Assembly (NCBI GenBank): GCA_031275325.1
Contig: JAISOX010000031.1
Coordinates: 1-51,970, forward strand
DNA: 51,970 nucleotides
Reading direction: 5' to 3'
Source of the DNA: Treponema sp.
Lineage (GTDB): Bacteria > Spirochaetota > Spirochaetia > Treponematales > Breznakiellaceae
Part shown: positions 28,170-37,073 of the stretch, in pieces
How positions within the stretch are numbered: position 1 is the stretch's first letter
How the letters are laid out: each line of letters opens with the position of its first letter
Position numbers and translations under genes: made by a program
The notes under the pieces: generated by a model
Told to the model about the DNA's origin: nothing
The model's input: the letters and a program-made list of their open reading frames with translations, nothing else
Database searches by the model: none

Positions 28170-28236
28170 TCCAGTCTATCACGAGTGCGTTGCTTATACC
28201 AGATGGATATGCTAATTTTGCTGTTTTTGCGTGGTG

Positions 28237-28266
28237 GTGGGTCGGAAACTGCAGTTTCCGACCCAC
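28237..28266. repeat. 30-bp perfect palindrome (family 2) 50 nt upstream of the dehydrogenase ATG
   Basis: GTGGGTCGGAAACTGCAGTTTCCGACCCAC. It shares the core TCGGAAACT..AGTTTCCG with 21744-21773. Confidence 0.85.
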
Positions 28267-28316
28267 TCTGTTGTACTTCTTTTTCAATTCGATTAGCCTA
28301 GAATCAAGGAGCCCCT

Positions 28317-29612
28317 ATGAAAACCAAGGCAGTGCGTATCCACGGGGTTCGGGATCTCAGGCTTGAGGAATTTGACTTGCCTGAAATCCAGGACCATGAA
28401 ATACTCGCCCGAGTCGAGTCTGATTCGATCTGTATGTCTAGCCATAAACTGGCCATGCAGGGGGAGAAACACAAACGGGTCCGCCAGGATATTGCCAAGA
28501 ACCCGGTCATCATCGGCCATGAATTCTGCGGTACTCTTATGCAGGTGGGCCCTCGATGGGCGCACGCCTTCAAAGCGGGTACCCGGTTTGCCATACAGCC
28601 TGCCCTCAATTATCCGGGTCCTCCTGGTCCTGACGGAAGCCCTGGGCCTGGAACCCTCTGGGCGCCGGGCTATTCATACCCCTATACCGGGGGAGACGCC
28701 ACGTTCATTATCATTCCTTCTGAGGTGATGGAGATGGCTTGTCTCTTGGAATACCCAGGAGATACCTTTTACCTCGGTTCTTTAGCGGAACCGGTTTCCT
28801 GTATAGTGGGGGCTTTTCATGCCCAGTACCATACTCAGGGGGGCTCCTACGTGCATCGTATGGGTATTGTGGAGGGCGGGTCATTGGCCCTCCTGGCTGG
28901 GGCGGGGCCTATGGGTCTGGGGGCCATTGATTATGCCATTCACCATCCCCGGAAGCCCTCCCGCCTGGTGGTTACGGATATTGACGATACGAGGCTGCGC
29001 CGGGCCCAGCAGCTTTTAACCCCTGCGGAAGCTGCCTGCCAAGGCGTAGAACTGATCTACGTCAATACCAAAGACATGGCGGATCCCCTAGCCCATCTTA
29101 CCGCGCTCAACCAGGGGAGACGGTATGATGATGTATTTGTCTTTGCCCCGGCGCAGCCGGTTCTCGAATTGGGAGACGCGCTCTTGGGCCCTGATGGGTG
29201 CCTTAACTTCTTTGCCGGCCCTACAGACCCTTCGTTTTCTGCACTATGCAACTTCTACAATGTTCACTACGAAGCCCATCACCTGGTAGGAACCTCTGGG
29301 GGAAATACGGAAGATATGAAAGAGGCCCTGGCCATGATGGCCAAGGGTGAACTCAACCCGGTATTCATGGTTACCCATGTGGGAGGGCTTAACGCGGTTC
29401 CTGAGACGACCCTTAATCTTGACGCCATTCCTGGGGGCAAGAAGCTCATTTATACCCACAAAAACATGGAACTCACGGCAATCAAGGATTTTGCTGAAAA
29501 GGGTAAAACCGATCCGTTCTATGCTGAATTGGCAAAACGATGCCAGGATCATCAGGGGCTTTGGAACAAAGAAGCTGAAGCCTATGTACGGGAACAAGCT
29601 CCGGAAATATAG
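28317..29612 (+). CDS. Zinc-binding MDR-family dehydrogenase (L-sorbose-1-phosphate-reductase-like)
   Basis: The N-terminus is MKTKAVRIHGVRDLRLEEFDLPEI. The Zn motif is VIIGHEFCG and the Rossmann motif is LLAGAGPMGLGAIDYA. AAGGAG lies upstream. There is a Pro/Gly-rich insert, PGPPGPDGSPGPG. Confidence 0.85.
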   Translation: MKTKAVRIHGVRDLRLEEFDLPEIQDHEILARVESDSICMSSHKLAMQGEKHKRVRQDIAKNPVIIGHEFCGTLMQVGPRWAHAFKAGTRFAIQPALNYPGPPGPDGSPGPGTLWAPGYSYPYTGGDATFIIIPSEVMEMACLLEYPGDTFYLGSLAEPVSCIVGAFHAQYHTQGGSYVHRMGIVEGGSLALLAGAGPMGLGAIDYAIHHPRKPSRLVVTDIDDTRLRRAQQLLTPAEAACQGVELIYVNTKDMADPLAHLTALNQGRRYDDVFVFAPAQPVLELGDALLGPDGCLNFFAGPTDPSFSALCNFYNVHYEAHHLVGTSGGNTEDMKEALAMMAKGELNPVFMVTHVGGLNAVPETTLNLDAIPGGKKLIYTHKNMELTAIKDFAEKGKTDPFYAELAKRCQDHQGLWNKEAEAYVREQAPEI

Positions 29613-29685
29613 TCCCTGGAAAAGTTCGGTTTATTTCACCGGTGAAACGATTCATTGCAGCATAGAAACCGGTTTCTGGAGACAT

Positions 29686-29855
29686 AGGTGCACCTGCGGT
29701 GGGCGTTAAGGGGTGCGGAGATGTTCGGTGGTACGGCTTACGTCCCTTCGTTCCTACATCGGGAAGAGCGTTCTCACCTATCCGTGGGCTTGGCTCCAAA
29801 GCGGCAAAGGCGGGAAGTAAAGGGCGCCTCGCTTTCTTTCCACCGCGGCCTTACT
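29686..29855 (+). repeat. Composite intergenic repeat element (core-X), copy 2
   Basis: It aligns with the reverse complement of 5424-5590, for example GGTACGGCTTACGTCCCTTCGTTCCTACATCGGGAAG. Confidence 0.7.
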
Positions 29856-29993
29856 GGATCAAGGTGTTTGATCCGCCCGGATCAAGGTGTTTGATCCGCC
29901 CGGATCAAGGTGTTTGATCCGCCCGGATCAAGTTGTTTGATCCGCCCGGATCAAGGTGTTTGATCCGCCCGGATCAAGGTGTTTGATCCGCCC
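29856..29993 (+). repeat. 23-bp tandem hairpin array D (6 units)
   Basis: The unit GGATCAAGGTGTTTGATCCGCCC occurs 6 times, starting at 29856, 29879, ... 29971. Each unit has a GGATCAA/TTGATCC 7-bp inverted repeat. Unit 4 carries one G-to-T variant. Confidence 0.95.
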
Positions 29994-30106
29994 GGGGCAT
30001 TAACCCCGCTGGCGGGTTTGGCTCCAAAGCGGCAAAGGCCCGAAACAAGGGGCGACCCGCCTTCTTTCCACCGCGGCCATACAGGGGCATTAAGCCCGCT
30101 GGCGGG
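29994..30106 (+). repeat. Y - X' - Y' modules (duplicated tail of the composite element)
   Basis: Y is GGGGCATTAACCCCGCTGGCGGG (29994-30016). X' at 30017-30082 repeats GGCTCCAAAGCGGCAAAGG...CTTTCCACCGCGGCC from 29790-29850. Y' is GGGGCATTAAGCCCGCTGGCGGG (30084-30106). Confidence 0.75.
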
Positions 30107-30118
30107 ATTCTTTGAACC

Positions 30119-30940
30119 CTAGAAACCTATAGGGGTTCCTGATTTAAGCAGATCCTGTATCTGTTCATAGGGGAGCAATACCTCTATAGAACCCATCACA
30201 TACGGGGCTATTTCATAGGGATCCCAGTGGAAACCCAAGCCTTGAGAGGTGAGGAAGAAATTGTCCGGTATCTCCACCGTATCCTCAAAAAAGCCCCCTT
30301 GAGAAAGGGGTTCATCCGGTTCAAGGTTCGCCTCTATCCGCAGGGCCTGGGCAATACGCTCTTCCACGAGAGGCCAGGAAGCTGGTTCTATAATGTCTGC
30401 CAGAGCCGCGGGCTGCACCTTATGGGTATCCTGGAAAATGACAAAATAGCGCTTTTCCCGCATACCGTGAGCGCCTCCCAGGTAATATTCGAGGTTCCGG
30501 CTTATCACCAGAACCTGGGACCATGGGGAACCAGCCTCCCAGGTTTCGGTATATTCCCAATTCAAGGACTCTGGAAATTGATCCCCATACTCATCGGGGA
30601 ATAGGGGGGAGTTCTTCATGGCGAAATACTGATCGGTATACGCTGTAATGAGCCGCTCGGTATATGCCTGGGGGTTCAGTCCGTCATATAAAAACTCCTG
30701 GATGAACTGCTCCAGAGCGCCGGAACTCTCCAATACGGTTATGTTCAGGGTCATCCGGGGGCTTCCCTGGTCAGGATAGAGGGGAAGGATCCGCTGTTCT
30801 GTATGACTGAGGAAGCGGGGCGGGTTGACTGGGGGAACCTCAGGCTTGGGCGTACCGGTACACCCGGTGAGGAGGCCCAGGAACCAGAGCAGGGATAGGG
30901 GTATATACCCGATCCCCTGTCTTCTGTTTATTTTCTTCAT
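30119..30940 (-). CDS. DUF3298/DUF4163-type lipoprotein (RsiV-like fold)
   Basis: The lipobox is LLTGC after a signal peptide. The YYLGGAHGM motif is characteristic of DUF3298. Confidence 0.7.
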   Translation of the reverse strand: MKKINRRQGIGYIPLSLLWFLGLLTGCTGTPKPEVPPVNPPRFLSHTEQRILPLYPDQGSPRMTLNITVLESSGALEQFIQEFLYDGLNPQAYTERLITAYTDQYFAMKNSPLFPDEYGDQFPESLNWEYTETWEAGSPWSQVLVISRNLEYYLGGAHGMREKRYFVIFQDTHKVQPAALADIIEPASWPLVEERIAQALRIEANLEPDEPLSQGGFFEDTVEIPDNFFLTSQGLGFHWDPYEIAPYVMGSIEVLLPYEQIQDLLKSGTPIGF

Positions 30941-30988
30941 ACGGTTAAGTATAGAACATTGATGAGCCCGTACCAGCCTAAGGCCCAG

Positions 30989-31879
30989 TTAGGTTAAACA
31001 AATCATCTCTTGGCCGGTTTTGGTGTAGACCATGGTGTCCGGCGGTACGGACGAGGTGATCCATACGTTCCCCCCGATGATGCATCCCCGGCCAATACGG
31101 GTTTCCCCGCCCAGGATAGTCGCCCCGGAATAAATGGTTACCTGGTCTTCGATGGTGGGATGCCGTTTCTGGTTCGCCTCTTCCTTTTTGACCGAGAGCG
31201 CGCCCAAGGTAACCCCCTGGTACAACTTGACGTTCTTACCGATCACCGTCGTTTCCCCAATGACTACCCCGGTGCCGTGGTCGATGAAAAAGGATTCCCC
31301 GATGGTCGCCCCAGGGTGAATATCAATGCCTGTACGGCCGTGGACCAGTTCGCTCATCATCCGGGGGATGAGCGGCACCTTCCGGTTCCAGAAGAAATGG
31401 GCCAGCCGGTGTACGGTGATCGCGTCAAACCCTGGATAGGAAAGGATCACTTCTTCAATGCTCTTGGCCGCAGGATCCCCTTTAAAGGCGGCTTGCATAT
31501 CCAGGGCCAAAGCCAAGCGTATCTTGGGGAGTTCTTCAAAAAAGTCGTCTACAATGAGTTCCGCTACTGCATGGCAGCCCGCATAGCCGCAGGATAAATC
31601 CCGGTACCCGATCCGGGAAGCAAAAACAATGCTCTTTTCCACTTCCCGCACCAGTTCCCGGGCAATGTGGTAGGACTTTTCTGCGGTAATTAAGTGCAGG
31701 TTATTATGATCCAGCCCTTCATTCTCCCGGAATCCGGGAAAGATGAGTTCGTCCAGGCCCCGCAGGATGTCTTCAATGCTCTCCCGGCTGGGAAGATTGG
31801 CCCCGCCTGTATGATTCACCAGCCCATAAGACCGGTAGGAATTAACCAGGGTTTCGATACTCTCATGCAGTCGATTCAT
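30989..31879 (-). CDS. cysE: Serine O-acetyltransferase
   Basis: The N-terminal SATase helical domain is followed by hexapeptide repeats, IHPGATIGESFFIDHGTGVVIGETTVIGKNVKLYQGVTLG. The start is ATG 31879 with GGGAGGA upstream. Confidence 0.9.
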   Translation of the reverse strand: MNRLHESIETLVNSYRSYGLVNHTGGANLPSRESIEDILRGLDELIFPGFRENEGLDHNNLHLITAEKSYHIARELVREVEKSIVFASRIGYRDLSCGYAGCHAVAELIVDDFFEELPKIRLALALDMQAAFKGDPAAKSIEEVILSYPGFDAITVHRLAHFFWNRKVPLIPRMMSELVHGRTGIDIHPGATIGESFFIDHGTGVVIGETTVIGKNVKLYQGVTLGALSVKKEEANQKRHPTIEDQVTIYSGATILGGETRIGRGCIIGGNVWITSSVPPDTMVYTKTGQEMICLT

Positions 31880-31938
31880 CGTGTCCTCCCTTGCGCGTGA
31901 ACATAGGGCCTTCCTCCCTGCCATACCGCCGCTTGGCG

Positions 31939-32832
31939 TCAATTACCGGAAAACTCCCTGCCGGAAAAAAAGGCCTGAATCTGGGGATCCTTTTTCAGGA
32001 CCGCCTGTTCCCCAAGTTCGATGAGTTCCTTTTTCCTGAAAAAGTTAAAAGGACTCGCCTGGTCTGCCGCGTAGAGGGTAAGATCCGCGGGGGCCCCCTG
32101 CTTCCGCTCCATCAGGTTAAGGGCTACTTCAATGGCCCGGTACACTATATGGGGTCCGGTTTTCATGTCCGATGCGGGTATGCTCCTAAAATGGTACAGA
32201 TCTACTGCCAAAACCCGCCTAAACCCCGCGTTCCGGGCAATATACACCGGCATATTGTCTGCCAAGCCCCCATCTACGAGACATTGGGATACCGAGCCTT
32301 CCTTCTCTTCAACCAAGGGTTCAAAAAAAGCCGGAAAGGACATCGAAGCCCGGATGGCTCGTGCCACGGATCCAGAACTAAACACCCGCTCTTTACCTGA
32401 AACCAGGTCTACCGCATTGCAGCGGAAAGGGATCTTCGTTTCTGCAAAGGTCTTTCCCTGGGTAAGTTCTTCAAACAGCTTGAGCAGGCCCTGTCCTGAA
32501 TCAACCCCGCGGCGGGTGGCGAAATTTCCCAGCATTTGGCCGGTTTGAAAAACCTTGCCTACCGGGCCGTTCAACTTAAACACGAAACTATCCAGGTAGG
32601 CGGTGATATCGAATTCTTCCAGCACAAACCGAATAAGCTCTGCAGGACCTATACCGCAGGCATAAAGCCCTCCGACAATGGCCCCCATGGAAGCGCCTAC
32701 CACGAGGGAAGGCTCCGGGAACCCCCGATCCGCAAGGGCCTTCAAAACGCCCAGATGGGCAAGCCCTTTAGCCCCGCCCCCAGAGAGCACCAAGGCCCAT
32801 TTCAGTTTTCCCTTCTTTTTATCGTGCTTCAT
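31939..32832 (-). CDS. Patatin-like phospholipase
   Basis: The oxyanion motif is LSGGGAKGLAHLGVLKAL, the nucleophile motif is GASMGA (GxSxG), and the catalytic Asp lies in VDGGLADNMP. Confidence 0.9.
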   Translation of the reverse strand: MKHDKKKGKLKWALVLSGGGAKGLAHLGVLKALADRGFPEPSLVVGASMGAIVGGLYACGIGPAELIRFVLEEFDITAYLDSFVFKLNGPVGKVFQTGQMLGNFATRRGVDSGQGLLKLFEELTQGKTFAETKIPFRCNAVDLVSGKERVFSSGSVARAIRASMSFPAFFEPLVEEKEGSVSQCLVDGGLADNMPVYIARNAGFRRVLAVDLYHFRSIPASDMKTGPHIVYRAIEVALNLMERKQGAPADLTLYAADQASPFNFFRKKELIELGEQAVLKKDPQIQAFFSGREFSGN

Positions 32833-33116
32833 CCCTCATCACATACCTGTCCTCGTTCCTTTTCTTGTTTAATGTAAGAAAGATGAAGCAGGATATTGAA
32901 ATGGCGTATCATGCCGAGGCTTTTCAAAAGGCTCATGGTTATACAAAGTAATACATTTCCGCCGGGTACACAAGGGGGCTTTACCGGTATAGGCCCTGTT
33001 CATTGAAAGGGAGCGGGACGACAGCCGTGGATGTTTCAGGTAATCCTGGGGGACATGCCAGCCTCGCGGGGCCATCGACTCATCCTAAGCAGGCCCGGGG
33101 ATACCAGGATACAAAC

Positions 33117-33145
33117 TTGACAGCCGGTTTATTTCTCCCTACCAT
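33117..33145 (+). promoter_or_regulatory. Candidate promoter of the LacI-family gene
   Basis: TTGACA (33117-33122), 17-nt spacer, TACCAT (33140-33145), 32 nt before the ATG. Confidence 0.35.
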
Positions 33146-33177
33146 AGGGTCGAGTATGGTTATCCAGGTTACGAGCA

Positions 33178-34206
33178 ATGACCGTTAAAGAAATCGCCGC
33201 GCTGGCCCAGGTTTCCATTGGAACCGTGGACCGGGTTATGTATCGCCGGGGCCGGGTATCTGCAGAGACCAAAGCGAGAATTGAGGCTATCATCGCTCAA
33301 TACCACTTTACCCCCAACCCCATAGCCCGGCGGCTCAAGCGGAACCGGGCCTACCGGTTCTGCGCGTTCCTGCCCCGCGGGGATCAGGACGCGGGTTATT
33401 GGGGCCAGGTCCTGGAGGGGATCCGGGAGGGCTGCAACGAGATCGCTCCCCTGGGGGTAGAAACGGAGATTATCGAATTTGACCGTTACAGCCCCAAGGA
33501 ATTGCGTAAAGCCGCGGGGGCCTTACTGGCGGAACCCTTTGATGGGATTCTTTTATCCCCTATCATGCCTAAAAAAACCAAACTATTGATTGATGCTATC
33601 CATGAAAAAAAGATCCCCTGTATTTTCTTTGATGCGGACCTTCCCGAAACCCAGCCCCTCTGCGCCATAGGCCAGGATTCGTTCCGGGGGGGGTATCTGG
33701 CGGGCAGGCTCATGCACCTTTTGGCGGGCAGCCGGGTCAGGAAACCCTTGGCGGTTCTGGATGCCCATGGGGAGGACTACCATATCACCCGGCGCAGGGA
33801 CGGTTTTTTACAGTACGCGGAGGAGCAGGGCTTTTCCACGGTGGTACAGGAATATTCCGGCTATCAGGGGGTGGAACTGTCAGTGGATGAAATTGCCCTT
33901 TTCTTACAGGGCCATCCTGATCTGGGAGGGGTTTTTATCACCAACTGTATGGCCCACCGGGTCGCGGAGGCCGCAAAAAGGCAGCAGAGCAAGCGCCCCT
34001 TTGTCTTGGTGGGGTACGATCTTATCCCCAAGAACCGGGAACTCCTCCGGGACGGCGGGATAGACGGGATCATCTCCCAGCGGCCCGAAGAACAGGGCCG
34101 GCTGGCCCTGCTGAACCTGTACCGCCACATCGTGCTGGAGCAGCAGATACCCCCTAAAATGGAAATCCCCCTGGATGTGTATTTTAAGGAAAATATTCCC
34201 CGGTAA
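33178..34206 (+). CDS. LacI-family transcriptional regulator
   Basis: The N-terminal HTH is MTVKEIAALAQVSIGTVDRVMYRRGRVSAETKARIEAII, followed by a periplasmic-binding-protein-like sugar-binding core. Confidence 0.9.
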   Translation: MTVKEIAALAQVSIGTVDRVMYRRGRVSAETKARIEAIIAQYHFTPNPIARRLKRNRAYRFCAFLPRGDQDAGYWGQVLEGIREGCNEIAPLGVETEIIEFDRYSPKELRKAAGALLAEPFDGILLSPIMPKKTKLLIDAIHEKKIPCIFFDADLPETQPLCAIGQDSFRGGYLAGRLMHLLAGSRVRKPLAVLDAHGEDYHITRRRDGFLQYAEEQGFSTVVQEYSGYQGVELSVDEIALFLQGHPDLGGVFITNCMAHRVAEAAKRQQSKRPFVLVGYDLIPKNRELLRDGGIDGIISQRPEEQGRLALLNLYRHIVLEQQIPPKMEIPLDVYFKENIPR

Positions 34207-34380
34207 GTAACCCGCTGCGGGCTTGCCGTGCCCGCGGGGCTGCTCGTTTTTCTTGTTTGACCGGGGAGATCCAGCGGGTGTACTGGACGAGGGCGCAGGG
34301 GTAAAGGTTTTTCACCCATTCCCGCACGGCCCTGTCCGGGCGGGGCATATAACCGGTCTGCATCGCATACCCCCTTTTTT

Positions 34381-34569
34381 AGGCCATGGCTTTTATTTTA
34401 TAGGCCATGGCTTTTATTCTTCAGGCCATGGCTTTATTTTTTCAGGCCATGGCTTTATTTTTTCAGGCCATGGCTTTATTTTTTCAGGCCATGGCTTTTT
34501 TTCTTCAGGCCATGGCTTTTATTTTATAGGCCGCGGCCTTTTTTCTTGAAGCCAGGGCTTTAATGCTGC
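34381..34569 (-). repeat. 21-bp tandem array A' (9 units), an inverted copy of array A
   Basis: The units AGGCCATGGCTTTTATTTTAT, AGGCCATGGCTTTATTTTTTC and similar start at 34381, 34402, ... 34549. They are the reverse complement of the 9992-10180 unit type. Confidence 0.95.
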
Positions 34570-34887
34570 AAGCGGGGGCGTAAAAATGCGCCGAACTCCT
34601 TTGCCCTGAAAGCAATAACCCCTAAGACTTTGTGGACACGTAAAAAACGGGATCTGGCGATTATGATGCTATTGCCATTGCCCAGGCTGAACGCGATGAA
34701 ATGAAAAAAGACCCGTCCCTCAAACGGGTTTACGATGGTTTACATTCCGGCGCGGAAGCTATGGACTACGGCTATAACCGGGCGGGAAGCAGGGGTCCAT
34801 GGGTCGTTCCCGCTCCTTTGGCTGGGGCGGCATAACCAAAACCGAGCCTCTTATATATTTTCGTTCAGGGTGCTATACTCATCCAGC

Positions 34888-35265
34888 ATGTCGGAATACA
34901 GAATTGAACGGGTAGGGCGTCTTATCCAAGAAAAAATCGGCGCCCTTATTGTAGAAGGTAAAATCAAAGATCCCCGGGTCCACCCTTTTCTTTCTATTAC
35001 CAGGGTTTCGGTGTCCAGGGATTTTGCGTGGGCTGAGGTGTATGTCTCGATCTGTAAGCCCCAGGGGAACCTGGCCAAAGGGGTCGCGGGCCTGCAAAGC
35101 GCCGCGGGGTTTATACAGAGTCAGATTGCAGGACAGATGCATATACGCCAGACCCCTCGGCTTCGTTTTCATGAGGATGCAAGTATTAAAGAAGGATTTG
35201 CGCTGATCCAGAAGATCGAAAACCTGCAGGGCGCTGAAAACCTGTACCGCCATGAGGAGGCCTAA
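34888..35265 (+). CDS. rbfA: Ribosome-binding factor A
   Basis: MSEYRIERVGRLIQEKIGALIVEGKIKDPRV...ITRVSVSRDFAWAEVYVS. No SD is visible. TGCTATACT lies 9-10 nt upstream, so the mRNA may be leaderless or have a short leader. Confidence 0.9.
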   Translation: MSEYRIERVGRLIQEKIGALIVEGKIKDPRVHPFLSITRVSVSRDFAWAEVYVSICKPQGNLAKGVAGLQSAAGFIQSQIAGQMHIRQTPRLRFHEDASIKEGFALIQKIENLQGAENLYRHEEA

Positions 35266-36211
35266 GCTGGGGGCAGGGGAACCTTCGGGCTGCCTCTTGT
35301 TGAACAAAAGACCAGGAATCACCTCTTTTGCGGCGCTGGAAAGGGTGAAACGAGCCTTTGCCACGGATAAGGTCGGCCATACCGGTACGCTGGATAAATT
35401 CGCCTCAGGGCTGCTCCTGGTCCTGGTAGGCAGGGCGGTAAAACTCTCCTCCTGGTTTTCTGGGACGGACAAACAATACGAAGGGACCGTCTGTTTCGGC
35501 AAGGAAACCGATACCCTGGACCCTGAAGGATCCCTGGTAGCTGAAGGGAGGATCCCTTCCTGGGAAGCCCTTGAGGCAGCGCTTCCCCAGTTCCGGGGGG
35601 ATATACTCCAGACCCCGCCTGAGTATTCCGCGGTCCATGTACAGGGGCGGCGTTCCGCTCAACTGGCCCGGAAGGGTAAACCCGCTGCCCTGCATCCGCG
35701 GCCTGTATCGGTGTATGCCCTGGAACTCAGGGGCTATGAAGTGCCTGGCGGGGACGGTGCTTATGCGCAGATCCGGGTACACTGTTCAAAAGGTACGTAT
35801 ATCCGCGCATTAGCTCGAGACCTTGCCCGGGCAGCGGGGTCCAGAGGGTATCTTACGGCCTTGCACCGGACCTGGATTGCAGGGTTTCAGGCCGCCCAGG
35901 GGGTAGATCTTGGGGATAGCGCGGATCCCCTGCCGCGGCTTGAAGCGGCGCTGCGGCCTGTAGATCAATCGGTTCTGGACGCGCTGGGGATACCCTATGT
36001 GAGGGTGAACTCTGAAGCGGTCTCGCAGATGATCCACGGTAAGCCTTTGCATGACCTCATTGATGAAGCCGCCCTGTACTATCCTCCCCGCCAGGGCGCT
36101 GCGGTTCCTTATGCCGGCGTTTTAGATGAAGCGGGAGAAGTAGCCGCCATTATCGAAAAGAGAGAACCGCAAAAAACCTGGAGTTATGGATATGTCTATG
36201 CGCGTCCTTGA
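35252..36211 (+). CDS. truB: tRNA pseudouridine(55) synthase
   Basis: GLLLLNKRPGITSF...VGHTGTLDKFASGLLLVLVG contains the catalytic Asp motif. It sits in the expected position after rbfA. Confidence 0.9.
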   Translation: MRRPKLGAGEPSGCLLLNKRPGITSFAALERVKRAFATDKVGHTGTLDKFASGLLLVLVGRAVKLSSWFSGTDKQYEGTVCFGKETDTLDPEGSLVAEGRIPSWEALEAALPQFRGDILQTPPEYSAVHVQGRRSAQLARKGKPAALHPRPVSVYALELRGYEVPGGDGAYAQIRVHCSKGTYIRALARDLARAAGSRGYLTALHRTWIAGFQAAQGVDLGDSADPLPRLEAALRPVDQSVLDALGIPYVRVNSEAVSQMIHGKPLHDLIDEAALYYPPRQGAAVPYAGVLDEAGEVAAIIEKREPQKTWSYGYVYARP

Positions 36212-36992
36212 CTGGCAGGCATTGGCAGGAGGGAGGATCCGTGAGCAGACCGCTATGACCATTGGGGTTTTTGATGGGGTACATCGGGGACACCAGGCGC
36301 TTATAGCCAAGATCCTCCGGCAGGGACTCATTCCTACGGTGATCACCTTTCGGCAGAGTCCTAAACGGATCTTAAGCCCTGAAACCTATAGGGGGGATAT
36401 TGTAAGCCTCCCCCAAAAGCTCGCCATCTTTGAAGACCTGGGGGTTTCTCAGACGATTCTCATTGACTTTTCAGAAAATTTTAGTACACTGAAAGGACAG
36501 GAATTCATTGATGCCTTGATCCGGTGGGGGAAGCTCGCGTATCTTGTCATCGGCAGTGATTTTCGTTGCGGCTACCGGCTTGATACGGATGCGGCCCGTA
36601 TCAGCGCGCTAAACGCAGATCGGGGAGTCATCACCGAGGTGGTCCCTCCGGTGAAAGAAGGGGCCTTACCGGTAAGTTCAAGCGGGATCCGCGCGGCCAT
36701 AGTAGCCGGGGATTTCACCCGGGCCCGGGCAGTTCTGGGCAGGAATGTGGCCATTGATATGGAGGGGATCCCTTCCAGAGCTGGAACAGAAGGCGTGGTT
36801 TTTGACCTCGTTTCTTCCAACCGGGTTATTCCTCCTGAAGGCCGCTATCGGGTTATAGTATACGAGCACCGGGGAAAAAATGGAGGGACGGGTACAGAGG
36901 TGGAGATTTCCATTAGCGCGGGAAAAATCTGTATCCCTTCAGATAGCAGGGTACCCTGGCAAGTAGGATACATAGAATTTGTAAGCCTATAA
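36186..36992 (+). CDS. ribF: FAD synthetase (RibF family) with a short, divergent C-terminal domain
   Basis: IGVFDGVHRGHQALIAKI is the nucleotidyltransferase motif. The riboflavin-kinase PTAN-type motif is not visible in the C-terminal ~95 aa. The start is ambiguous (36186, 36192 or 36198). Confidence 0.75.
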   Translation: MDMSMRVLDWQALAGGRIREQTAMTIGVFDGVHRGHQALIAKILRQGLIPTVITFRQSPKRILSPETYRGDIVSLPQKLAIFEDLGVSQTILIDFSENFSTLKGQEFIDALIRWGKLAYLVIGSDFRCGYRLDTDAARISALNADRGVITEVVPPVKEGALPVSSSGIRAAIVAGDFTRARAVLGRNVAIDMEGIPSRAGTEGVVFDLVSSNRVIPPEGRYRVIVYEHRGKNGGTGTEVEISISAGKICIPSDSRVPWQVGYIEFVSL

Positions 36993-37000
36993 AACGATTT

Positions 37001-37025
37001 TTTCAAAACCAACCGGGTTTTGAAA
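37001..37025. terminator. Hairpin after ribF (palindrome family 1)
   Basis: TTTCAAAAC, loop CAACCGG, GTTTTGAAA. The core and loop style match 3309-3345. Confidence 0.5.
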
Positions 37026-37073
37026 CGGGCTCAAAGGTATAGTTTTTGATGGTACTCAAGGAGTGTAATAAAC

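Noticed and set aside
34640-34835. Small frame reading ...DYDAIAIAQAERDEMKKDPSLKRVYDGLHSGAEAMDYGYN..., a possible gene fragment or antitoxin-like relic upstream of rbfA
   Set aside because: There is a stop codon immediately upstream. Only 44 codons follow the first ATG, there is no RBS, and I recognise no family. It may be a pseudogene remnant, but I cannot support the call.
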